The notes beneath the pieces were generated by a model. The model saw only the letters and a program-made list of their open reading frames with translations, searched no databases and was not told the origin of the DNA. The position numbers and the translations under genes were made by a program. DNA of 32,000 nucleotides, taken from assembly GCA_000743035.1 (NCBI GenBank), contig CP008936.1, positions 1,290,001 through 1,322,000 on the forward strand, read 5' to 3'. The number at the start of each line of letters is the position of its first letter. Position 1 is the stretch's first letter. Source of the stretch: Candidatus Paracaedimonas acanthamoebae (GTDB taxonomy: Bacteria; Pseudomonadota; Alphaproteobacteria; Caedimonadales; Caedimonadaceae). Below, piece by piece: positions 7,712 to 15,656 of this stretch.

Positions 7712-8044
7712 TCAATTATTAACTGTCACAAGGCCTTTTTCTTCTAAAAGAGTTTTTAATTCTCCAGATTCATACATTTCTCGTATAATATCTGCCCCCC
7801 CAATAAATTCGCCTTGAATATAAAGTTGTGGGATGGTTGGCCAATTTGTAAAATCTTTTATTCCTTGGCGAATTTCAGGATCTTCAAGTACATTCACATC
7901 ATGAAATTCGGCACCTAAGCGAGTTAAAATCTGAGCAACTCCGCCTGAAAAACCACAAAGAGGCGCTCTCTTCGTGCCCTTCATATACAAAACGATAGGA
8001 TATGTCTTAAGGTGTGTTTGAATTGTCTCAAAAATAACTGTCAT
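7712..8044 (-). CDS. grxD: Grx4-family monothiol glutaredoxin
   Basis: 110 aa with the CGFS active site (KRAPLCGFSGG). WPTIPQLYIQGEFIGGADI is typical of monothiol glutaredoxins. Confidence 0.93.
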   Translation of the reverse strand: MTVIFETIQTHLKTYPIVLYMKGTKRAPLCGFSGGVAQILTRLGAEFHDVNVLEDPEIRQGIKDFTNWPTIPQLYIQGEFIGGADIIREMYESGELKTLLEEKGLVTVNN

Positions 8045-8055
8045 CTATTGCTCCT

Positions 8056-8295
8056 TTATGCAGAGTGTGGCACTTGTGTTTTAAGGCTTAAAGCGTGAAG
8101 CTCAGCTCCCATTCGTCCCTGAAGCGCTTTATAAACCATTTGATGCTGTTGTATCTTTGTTTTCCCTTCAAATGAAGATGCGGTCACAATCGCAGCATAA
8201 TGATCTTGGTCTGCAACAAGCGATTTTAATTGCACATCAGCATCAGGAATCTCTTGCTTAATTAAATGAATAATATCTTCAGCAATCATAGGCAT
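8056..8295 (-). CDS. bolA: BolA-family protein
   Basis: 79 aa of BolA/IbaG size with matching motifs (DHYAAIVTASSFEGKTKIQQHQMVYKAL, LHALSLKT). It lies immediately upstream of grxD, and BolA-Grx4 is the classic partner pair. Confidence 0.85.
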   Translation of the reverse strand: MPMIAEDIIHLIKQEIPDADVQLKSLVADQDHYAAIVTASSFEGKTKIQQHQMVYKALQGRMGAELHALSLKTQVPHSA

Positions 8296-8635
8296 TGAAT
8301 ATTCTCTTCGTCATAATAAAACTTGCAGAAAATTAACTCTTTCCTTCATAAAATGCAAGACTTGTCCATTAAATAGCTTCAGCAAGGCCTATAACACTAT
8401 TGTGACATGTAATAAACCACCGAGTTCAATAATTTCATAATAATTTAATTATTTATTAAGTTATTAGAAAGAAAATAAATAAAAAAACACGTATATTTTC
8501 AATTATTTAAAATTTTGTTTAATATTTTTTTCGTCGTTTACCGCTTTTTAATTAAATTCCTTTTAAATTAAATTAGACAATAAGAATAGAAAAACAGCAA
8601 CCCACGTTTAGGTTTGCGATATAACAAGGGAGATA

Positions 8636-10534
8636 ATGATGAGAGAAAGTATACAACATGTTATAGATAATGTCCGCCCGCCACGCGTACAAATCACGTA
8701 TGATGTTGAAATTGGTAATGCGGTTGAATCACGGGAGCTCCCATTTGTTCTCGGATTGATGGCTGATCTATCTGGTGCCTCTGAAGTTGCACGCCCTCCA
8801 CTAAAAGAACGTAAATTCGTCGATATCGCAAGCGATATGATCCCAGATGTCATGGCTGCCATCCGCCCAAGAGTAAATATTCTCGTTCCGAATAAATTAG
8901 GCGGCGACGCTAAAGAACTAAATGTTGATTTAACATTTCTTACAATGGATGACTTTGAACCTCTCCAAATTGTTGGACAAACTCCTGTTCTTAATGATCT
9001 TTATACAACAAGAACTCGACTTAATGATTTGCTCGGAAAACTAGAAGGTAATGAAGCCCTAAATAAAGCTATGGATGAAATCATGACCAATAAAGGGGCA
9101 AATACTGATGTCCCAAGTTTGATTCAATCAACTCAAATGGTCAGAGATTCTTCTCAAGAAAACTATGCTGGTATATTAATTAATGAATTTATCACACTTG
9201 TCAGTAAAGCAGATAAAATGCCTGCGGATTGTGTTGCCTTAGTTCAACAAAAAATTGCTGAACTTGACATCACGGTTAGTGCTCAACTTAATGAAATTTT
9301 GCACCACCCAGATTACCAAAAACTTGAAGGAAGCTGGAGAGGTCTATGGCTTTTAATGACAACAACAACTCAAAATGCCCACATTAAAATTCGACTTCTC
9401 AATGTAACGAAGACAGAGCTTATTCTCGACTTGGAAAAAGCTTGTGAATTTGATCAAAGCCAGTTGTTTAAAAAGGTTTATGAAGAAGAATACGGTACTT
9501 TTGGTGGTTCACCATACTCTTTCTTAATGGGTGATTTTGAGTTTGGCCGTAATCCGCAAGAGATAGAGTTATTAACAAAAATTTCTCAAGTTGCTGCTGC
9601 TGCTCATGCTCCGTTCATTGCCGCTGCAAATCCAAACTTATTTGACCTTATCAGTTTTTCTGAACTAGGCCACCCAAGAGATTTGTCCCGCATTTTTGAC
9701 TCAACAGAGCTTGGCAAATGGGCTTCATTCCGTGAGACTGAAGACTCACGTTACGTTGCTATTACCCTTCCCCATATCTTGATGCGCCTACCTTATGGCG
9801 GTGAAAATGGCCAAATGGTGATGGGGTTGAACTTTATTGAAGATGTTGATGGAACGGACAATTCCAAATTTTGTTGGGGAAGTTCAGCATGGGGACTTGC
9901 ACAAAGAATTCTTCATGCAGCAACAGAGTATGGTTGGCCAGCTGCAATCCGTGGTGTTGAAGGTGGTGGTATGGTTGAGGATCTTCCTTACTATACCTTT
10001 AAGACAACAGATGGTGATATTGCTCTTAAATGCCCTACTGAGATCTCAATTACTGATCGACGTGAGAAAGAGTTGAGTGATCTTGGATTTATTGGACTGA
10101 TTCATTGCAAAAACCGTGACTATGCAGCTTTTTTTGGCTCACAAACGTGCCAGAAACCTAAGCTTTACAACTTGGATGAAGCAAATTCAAATGCGCGACT
10201 TTCTGCTAGATTGTCTTATATTTTAGCAGCTTCACGATTTGCTCACTATATCAAGGTGATTATGCGTGACAAAATCGGCAGCTTCATGTCTAGAGCAGAT
10301 GTCGAGAACTATCTCAATAACTGGATTGCCTCTTACGTCCTTTTGACAGACGAAGCAAGCCAACCCGTGAAAGCGCGTTATCCTCTTCGTGAAGCACGCG
10401 TCGATGTGTATGACATCCCTGGGCAGCCTGGAAGTTATAGAGCCGTTGTTTTCTTAAGACCTCATTTCCAAATGGAAGACTTAACAGCATCCATTCGTCT
10501 TGTGGCTGCCCTACCAAAGCGGGCTGCAGGCTGA
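8636..10534 (+). CDS. tssBC: Fused type VI secretion contractile sheath protein: TssB (VipA)-like N-terminus plus TssC (VipB)-like C-terminus in one 632-aa frame
   Basis: SD AAGGGAG is at 8626-8632. Residues 1 to about 150 carry TssB hallmarks (PPRVQITYDVEIG, ELPFVLGLMADLSG, KERKFVDI, LTFLTMDDFEP). From about residue 160 onward there are TssC hallmarks (ILHHPDYQKLEGSWRGL, EEEYGTFGGSPYSFLMGDFEF, AAAAHAPFIAAA, EDSRYVAITLPHILMRLPYG, SRFAHYIKVIMRDKIGSF, PGQPGSYRAVVFLRPHFQ). There is no stop or frame change between the two parts. Confidence 0.88.
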   Translation: MMRESIQHVIDNVRPPRVQITYDVEIGNAVESRELPFVLGLMADLSGASEVARPPLKERKFVDIASDMIPDVMAAIRPRVNILVPNKLGGDAKELNVDLTFLTMDDFEPLQIVGQTPVLNDLYTTRTRLNDLLGKLEGNEALNKAMDEIMTNKGANTDVPSLIQSTQMVRDSSQENYAGILINEFITLVSKADKMPADCVALVQQKIAELDITVSAQLNEILHHPDYQKLEGSWRGLWLLMTTTTQNAHIKIRLLNVTKTELILDLEKACEFDQSQLFKKVYEEEYGTFGGSPYSFLMGDFEFGRNPQEIELLTKISQVAAAAHAPFIAAANPNLFDLISFSELGHPRDLSRIFDSTELGKWASFRETEDSRYVAITLPHILMRLPYGGENGQMVMGLNFIEDVDGTDNSKFCWGSSAWGLAQRILHAATEYGWPAAIRGVEGGGMVEDLPYYTFKTTDGDIALKCPTEISITDRREKELSDLGFIGLIHCKNRDYAAFFGSQTCQKPKLYNLDEANSNARLSARLSYILAASRFAHYIKVIMRDKIGSFMSRADVENYLNNWIASYVLLTDEASQPVKARYPLREARVDVYDIPGQPGSYRAVVFLRPHFQMEDLTASIRLVAALPKRAAG

Positions 10535-10586
10535 GGGTAAACAGAAATATAAACGAAAAAATAGAAAGAAATTATAGGAGGTAACA

Positions 10587-11171
10587 ATGTCAACTGGAAT
10601 AGGAAACTTCTCAAGCGTTTCAGCATCCGCAGAGAACTGGGCTAGAGGCGCAACTCAACCTGATCAAATGGTCCCTTCAGAAGCTTATCGTAATGTAACG
10701 GCAACGCCAGAATTTATGATTAAGATTGATAGTGTCGATACGAAATCAACTTTAGAGAATTTTACAGACCATGTGCAATTATTTCACTTCAATTATCGAA
10801 TTAGCCGTCTTACAAACCCTAATGCTGCTGATCAGCTCTACACATCGGCACGCGTTATCATTGAAGACCCTGTGATGGTCATCCCTAACGGTAACTTTGC
10901 ACCTATCATCTTAAATAAACTCATGAAAGGTGATAAAATTGAGACGATTCACATTGCACGCTTAGCCAACATTGCTCAAGTAAATGTGGTTGTCCAAGAA
11001 TTAACTTTTACCAACAACTACTTCCAAACGTATGAACCGAAGTATGATACCGTGGTTGTTACTTTCAGACCTGCCACTATTGAGAATAAAATCAACAGTT
11101 ACGATCAAGGTGGTACAAATACGGGTTCAACTTCAGTGAAGTTTGACTTTACTACAGGACAATTAGTATAA
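10587..11171 (+). CDS. hcp: Divergent Hcp (TssD)-like tube protein with an N-terminal extension of about 42 aa
   Basis: A strong SD AGGAGG lies 5 nt upstream of the ATG. FMIKIDSVDTKSTLENFTDHVQLFHFNYRIS resembles the Hcp N-terminal strands (FLKIDGIKGES...H...IEVLSFSWG.S). The C-terminus VVVTFRPATIENKINSYDQGGTNTGSTSVKFDFTTGQ resembles the Hcp terminal strands. Its position between the sheath gene and tssE supports the call. Confidence 0.65.
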   Translation: MSTGIGNFSSVSASAENWARGATQPDQMVPSEAYRNVTATPEFMIKIDSVDTKSTLENFTDHVQLFHFNYRISRLTNPNAADQLYTSARVIIEDPVMVIPNGNFAPIILNKLMKGDKIETIHIARLANIAQVNVVVQELTFTNNYFQTYEPKYDTVVVTFRPATIENKINSYDQGGTNTGSTSVKFDFTTGQLV

Positions 11172-11178
11172 TTAAATA

Positions 11179-11685
11179 ATGAGTAAACGCCAAAATTTAG
11201 AACAATCGACGAAACAAACAGGGGTGCTCGCGCCTCTGTTTGATCGTTTAACAGATCTTGAACCTCATTTAATTGCAGAGCCGAGTTCTTATCAAATGCT
11301 TGGCCCTCAAGAGTTAAAAGAATCTGTACAACGAGAACTTGAACTAGTTCTTAATACGCGCCCTACCGTGCAGCGCCCTCCTGAAGATGGTCATGGGGAA
11401 TTTATTTCTGACTTTGCACTTCCGCAATTTTTTGGGTTAAGAGATTTTTCATGGTTTGACGGAGCAAGCGATCTTGGAAGACGCGCTATTGGAACAGAAA
11501 TCGAGCGTGTTGTTACCTATTATGAACCGCGCCTTAAGAATGTAAAAGCTCGAGTCAATAAACACCCTCAAGATCCTTTAGCTCTTATTGTTGAAGTCAC
11601 AGGGGACTTAAAAATCGGCGAGGTCCTTGAGCGCTTTACGTTTCCGATTACGATTCAAAATTTACTTCAACGGAATGAGCTATAA
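11179..11685 (+). CDS. tssE: TssE-like baseplate wedge protein (gp25/GPW family)
   Basis: 168 aa. LAPLFDRLTDLEP and ELKESVQRELELVLNTRPT match the conserved TssE N-terminal motifs (LLDRL.D, V.RDLE.LLNTR). The start is 7 nt after the hcp stop, suggesting translational coupling. Confidence 0.78.
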   Translation: MSKRQNLEQSTKQTGVLAPLFDRLTDLEPHLIAEPSSYQMLGPQELKESVQRELELVLNTRPTVQRPPEDGHGEFISDFALPQFFGLRDFSWFDGASDLGRRAIGTEIERVVTYYEPRLKNVKARVNKHPQDPLALIVEVTGDLKIGEVLERFTFPITIQNLLQRNEL

Positions 11686-11768
11686 TTTATTAGCTTATTA
11701 AAAATGATAACAACATTTTAAAAATAGCCTTTTTCTGTTAGGCTTATAGAAGAAGGTGATGATCCATC

Positions 11769-13763
11769 ATGAGCTTATTTTCTCTTAAATCAAATTTCCA
11801 ACCTGCCGGCGATCAGCCTGAGGCTATTCAGCAATTGCTCGCGGGACTTCAAAAAAACGAGCGTAATCAAGTCCTTCTTGGCGTCACAGGCTCAGGAAAA
11901 ACATTTACAATGGCCCATGTTATTGCCACCAGTAATCGTCCAGCGCTCGTTTTAGCTCCGAATAAGACACTTGCTGCCCAGCTATATGGAGAAATGAAAG
12001 AATTCTTTCCTGATAATGCTATTGAGTATTTTGTTTCGTATTATGATTATTATCAGCCTGAAGCTTATGTCCCTCGATCAGATACTTATATTGAAAAAGA
12101 AGCAACAATTAACGAGCAAATTGATCGCATGCGTCACTCTGCAACAAGAGCTCTTCTTGAAAGACGCGATGTCATTATTGTTGCAAGCGTTTCTTGTATT
12201 TATGGTATAGGCGCTGTTGAAGATTATGGAAGGATGATTATAACCTTACGTCCTAATGAGATGGTTAATCAACGAAGTTTGTTACAGCAGCTTGTTGAAC
12301 TTCAATATAAGCGAAATGATATCAATTTCCAGCGCGGAACCTTTCGAGTAAGTGGTGATACAATTGAAATATTTCCCTCTCACCTCGAAGATCGAGCATG
12401 GCGACTTTCGTTATTTGGCGATGAAATTGAAGATATTCATGAAATTGATCCTCTTACAGGCGAGAAAATTGGCCTTCTTTCGGAAGTACGTATCTTTGCA
12501 AATAGTCACTATGTCACACCTAAACCTACTATTATGCAAGCAATCAAGAAGATTCAAGGAGAGCTAAAAGAGCGACTAATTGAATTCGAACAACAAGGGA
12601 AACTTCTTGAAGCTCAGAGAATACGAGAGAGAACAAGCTTTGACCTTGAAATGCTTGAAACAACGGGTTTTTGTTCAGGAATTGAAAATTATTCACGGTA
12701 TCTTACAGGTCGTCAACCTGGCGCACCACCTCCCACCCTTTTCGAATATTTACCCTCTGACGCTCTCTTAATTGTCGATGAAAGCCACGTTGCAATTCCG
12801 CAGTTGAAAGGAATGTATCGCGGGGACTCTGTCCGAAAAGGAACGCTCGCTGAATACGGCTTTCGGCTCCCTTCTTGCCGAGATAATCGACCTTTAAAAT
12901 TTGAAGAATGGGATACAATGCGTCCTCAAACAGTTTTTGTTTCTGCGACACCGGGTCCCTGGGAACTTGAGCAAACCCAAGGCATCTTTATTGAACAAAT
13001 CATTCGCCCAACAGGCCTCGTTGACCCCATTTGTATTATCAGGCCAACAACTCACCAAGTGGATGATCTGATTGCAGAATGCGTTGACGTCACTAAAAAA
13101 GGTTACCGCTCTCTTGTTACCACTTTAACAAAGAAAATGGCTGAAGCTTTAGCTGAGTATCTTAACGAGGCAGGCGTTAAAGCCCGCTATTTGCATTCTG
13201 ATATCGATACCCTTGAGCGGATTGAAATTATACGTGACTTGCGATTAGGTATCTTTGATGTTCTGATTGGTATTAACCTTCTACGGGAAGGATTAGACAT
13301 CCCTGAATGTGCTTTAGTTGCCATTTTAGATGCAGATAAAGAAGGGTATTTAAGATCGAGAACTTCTCTGATCCAGACCATCGGCCGTGCAGCACGTAAT
13401 GTAGAAGGCCGAGCAATTTTGTATGCCGATACCATGACTGGCTCTTTAAAGGCAGCCCTTGAAGAAAGTGGGCGACGGCGTGAAAAGCAGCAAGCTTATA
13501 ATGCCAAACATGGAATCACCCCTGAAAGCGTTAAAAAATCAATTGGAGACGTCCTCTCCAGCGTTTACGAGCGAGACCATACCACCATCACATTACGTGA
13601 AGAAACGCAGCATCTTGTGGGCAAGGATCTCGAAAAATATAAGAAAGACCTTGAGAAAAGAATGCTCCTCAATGCGGCTAATCTTGAATTTGAAGAAGCT
13701 GCAAGGCTAAGGGACGAACTTCGCAAACTAGAAGCTCGAGAACTGGAATTGCTCAACTCTTAA
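11769..13763 (+). CDS. uvrB: Excinuclease ABC subunit B
   Basis: 664 aa with Walker A ([12 protein letters not shown]), [17 protein letters not shown], helicase C motifs and the C-terminal UVR domain ([11 protein letters not shown]). Confidence 0.97.
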   Translation: MSLFSLKSNFQPAGDQPEAIQQLLAGLQKNERNQVLLGVTGSGKTFTMAHVIATSNRPALVLAPNKTLAAQLYGEMKEFFPDNAIEYFVSYYDYYQPEAYVPRSDTYIEKEATINEQIDRMRHSATRALLERRDVIIVASVSCIYGIGAVEDYGRMIITLRPNEMVNQRSLLQQLVELQYKRNDINFQRGTFRVSGDTIEIFPSHLEDRAWRLSLFGDEIEDIHEIDPLTGEKIGLLSEVRIFANSHYVTPKPTIMQAIKKIQGELKERLIEFEQQGKLLEAQRIRERTSFDLEMLETTGFCSGIENYSRYLTGRQPGAPPPTLFEYLPSDALLIVDESHVAIPQLKGMYRGDSVRKGTLAEYGFRLPSCRDNRPLKFEEWDTMRPQTVFVSATPGPWELEQTQGIFIEQIIRPTGLVDPICIIRPTTHQVDDLIAECVDVTKKGYRSLVTTLTKKMAEALAEYLNEAGVKARYLHSDIDTLERIEIIRDLRLGIFDVLIGINLLREGLDIPECALVAILDADKEGYLRSRTSLIQTIGRAARNVEGRAILYADTMTGSLKAALEESGRRREKQQAYNAKHGITPESVKKSIGDVLSSVYERDHTTITLREETQHLVGKDLEKYKKDLEKRMLLNAANLEFEEAARLRDELRKLEARELELLNS

Positions 13764-13841
13764 CTCTTCCTTTAAGACATTTTTAATAAATTGTAGCTTA
13801 GTGTAATATTTATAGATCACAAACTTTTGAAAAGTTTAACG

Positions 13842-14666
13842 ATGGATAATATAAAACACTACAAACATCCAATAATTTTTTATTTCTTATCAATTTCTAT
13901 TACCTGGTTATTTTGGTTTATTGCAGCTTATTTGAGCCATATAAATTCCCCCAATAATCATTATAGTTATATGTCTGGCATATTAGAAATAATCGGTTTA
14001 ATTAGCCCTATGGCAATCGCTTTTACAATGATGTATTTAGATCCTCATTTACGTCATGACCTACTGAGTAGGATTTTCAGTGTTTCTAATGTAAAATTTT
14101 CATATATCTTGATAGCATGTTTTCTTATGCCTATAAGCATTGTCTTGGCACAAGGAATATCAATTTTTTTTGGGTATAGTATAGACCAATTTAAATTATC
14201 CAGCGTAACGTCTTTTTCATTTAGTCTATTTTCAGCATGGTTCATGCTTTTTCTTGCCCCAATATTAGAAGAATTGGCATGGCACTCTTATGGCACAGAT
14301 TGCCTGCGTGCACGATTTAATCTTTTTACCACATCCATAATATTTGGGATGTTTTGGGTGCTTTGGCATTTGCCGCTATCATTCATTAAAGGTTACTACC
14401 ATAGCAATACACTTAAAACTGGTTGGCTTTATTTATTAAACTTTTCATTGAGCCTTTTCCCTTTTGTCTTGTTGATGAATTGGTTATATTATAAGGCAAA
14501 TAGAAATATTTTAATTGCCGTTGTTTTTCATATTACTGCTGGTTTTTTTAATGAAATTTTTTCAACTCACCCTGACAGCAAGATCATGCAAACCGCGATT
14601 TTAATCATTCTCTCATTCTTTATAATTTATAAAGAACAAGACTTATTTTTTAAGAGAGAGTTCTAA
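13842..14666 (+). CDS. CPBP-family intramembrane protease (CAAX/Abi-like)
   Basis: A polytopic membrane ORF carrying the three CPBP motifs in order: LEELAWHSYG (EExxxR-like), FGMFWVLWHLP (FxxxH) and VVFHITAGFFNE (HxxxN). The track start is TTG 13827, and ATG 13842 is the alternative. Confidence 0.7.
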   Translation: MDNIKHYKHPIIFYFLSISITWLFWFIAAYLSHINSPNNHYSYMSGILEIIGLISPMAIAFTMMYLDPHLRHDLLSRIFSVSNVKFSYILIACFLMPISIVLAQGISIFFGYSIDQFKLSSVTSFSFSLFSAWFMLFLAPILEELAWHSYGTDCLRARFNLFTTSIIFGMFWVLWHLPLSFIKGYYHSNTLKTGWLYLLNFSLSLFPFVLLMNWLYYKANRNILIAVVFHITAGFFNEIFSTHPDSKIMQTAILIILSFFIIYKEQDLFFKREF

Positions 14667-15004
14667 TTTCAAGCATCAATGCTCTGCACACAATAATCAT
14701 TGCGTAATAACTGGATTTTACTTTTAGGGATAATTTAACTAAAAATACGACGATAATCAGGTGCCTCATAAAACTAAAAAATACCAAAATGGAAAAATAT
14801 CCGTATTTAAACTTGGAAGACAGTTAAAATAAAAATATCATGCTTACAGTTGATAAGGTTTAAAGTTAAATAACACTTATTTTAAAACAGGAAACAAATA
14901 GTATATTTATAAATACTTAAATATTTTACTTATCATAAATACTGATACTTATTGTATTAATATTATTATATTAACACTTTGATTTTTAAAGAGTTATAAA
15001 AGTA

Positions 15005-15032
15005 TTGACACAACCGTTTTTATCCATAGAAT
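15005..15032 (+). promoter_or_regulatory. Sigma70-like promoter upstream of the Nfu-type gene
   Basis: TTGACA (15005-15010), a 16-nt spacer, then TAGAAT (15027-15032). This lies about 35 nt upstream of the SD AAGGAG (15057-15062) and the GTG start at 15068. Confidence 0.5.
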
Positions 15033-15067
15033 GGTATCATAAAAAAGTTTGATTGAAAGGAGATCGC

Positions 15068-15616
15068 GTGTTTATTCAAACAGAAGAAACACCTAATCCA
15101 GCAACTCTTAAATTCCTTCCTGGACGAACAGTCCTTGAAAGTGGAACGGCAGACTTTCCAACAAAAGAAAGCGCTGAAAGGTGCCTTCTTGCAAAGACTC
15201 TTTTCACAATTAATGGTATTGCAGGTGTCTTTTTTGGGTCTGATTTTATTACGCTAACAAAGCAGGATCAATATGATTGGCTTGTCCTTAAACCAAAAGT
15301 TCTTGGTTTTATCATGGACTATTTTCTGCACCATGAGAAAGTAGAAATAAACCAAGAAAACGTCCCTAGTTCTAGAGAAGAAGATACTGAGATCGTCAAA
15401 GAGATTAAAGAAATTCTTGATGGTCGTATTCGTCCTGCTGTGGCTATGGATGGTGGAGATATTGTTTTTAATCGGTTTGAAGATGGTATCGTTTACCTTG
15501 AACTACAAGGTTCATGCTCTGGCTGCCCAAGCTCCACTGCAACTCTTAAGACAGGAATTGAGAATATGCTAAAACATTATATTCCAGAAGTTCAAGAAGT
15601 TCGAGCTGTTAACTAA
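15068..15616 (+). CDS. NifU/Nfu-family Fe-S cluster scaffold protein
   Basis: From GTG 15068 the product starts (M)FIQTEETPNPATLKFLPG, the canonical Nfu_N start. The C-terminal NifU domain carries CSGCPSS. The track ORF starts at TTG 15053. Confidence 0.9.
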   Translation: MFIQTEETPNPATLKFLPGRTVLESGTADFPTKESAERCLLAKTLFTINGIAGVFFGSDFITLTKQDQYDWLVLKPKVLGFIMDYFLHHEKVEINQENVPSSREEDTEIVKEIKEILDGRIRPAVAMDGGDIVFNRFEDGIVYLELQGSCSGCPSSTATLKTGIENMLKHYIPEVQEVRAVN

Positions 15617-15656
15617 GCGCCTACTTTAATTACTTAACCCATTATTGAGAAAAAAA

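Larger units (their letters stand above)
5300..7810 (+). repeat. Tandem duplication, two units of about 1.25 kb (unit 1 ~5300-6552, unit 2 ~6553-7810)
   Basis: The upstream leader, phosphatase ORF, downstream spacer and 3' end of grxD are all present twice. The offset between equivalent landmarks is 1250-1253 nt (ATG 5431 vs 6681, stop 6301 vs 7554). The left boundary is approximate because the flank is AT-rich. Confidence 0.85.

Noticed and set aside
8560-8635. Search for a sigma54 promoter (TGGCAC-N5-TTGC) in front of the sheath gene, since many T6SS loci are RpoN-dependent
   Set aside because: Only TTAGGTTTGCG is present. The GG and GC elements are not at the required spacing, so I make no sigma54 call.
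8608-8862. Antisense ORF overlapping the start of tssBC. Similar shadow ORFs occur inside uvrB, tyrS, etfA, accC (for example 23330-23863), accB, addA and addB.
   Set aside because: All lie within long ORFs that have strong family motifs on the opposite strand or in another frame. They have low-complexity or odd composition and are typical shadow ORFs.
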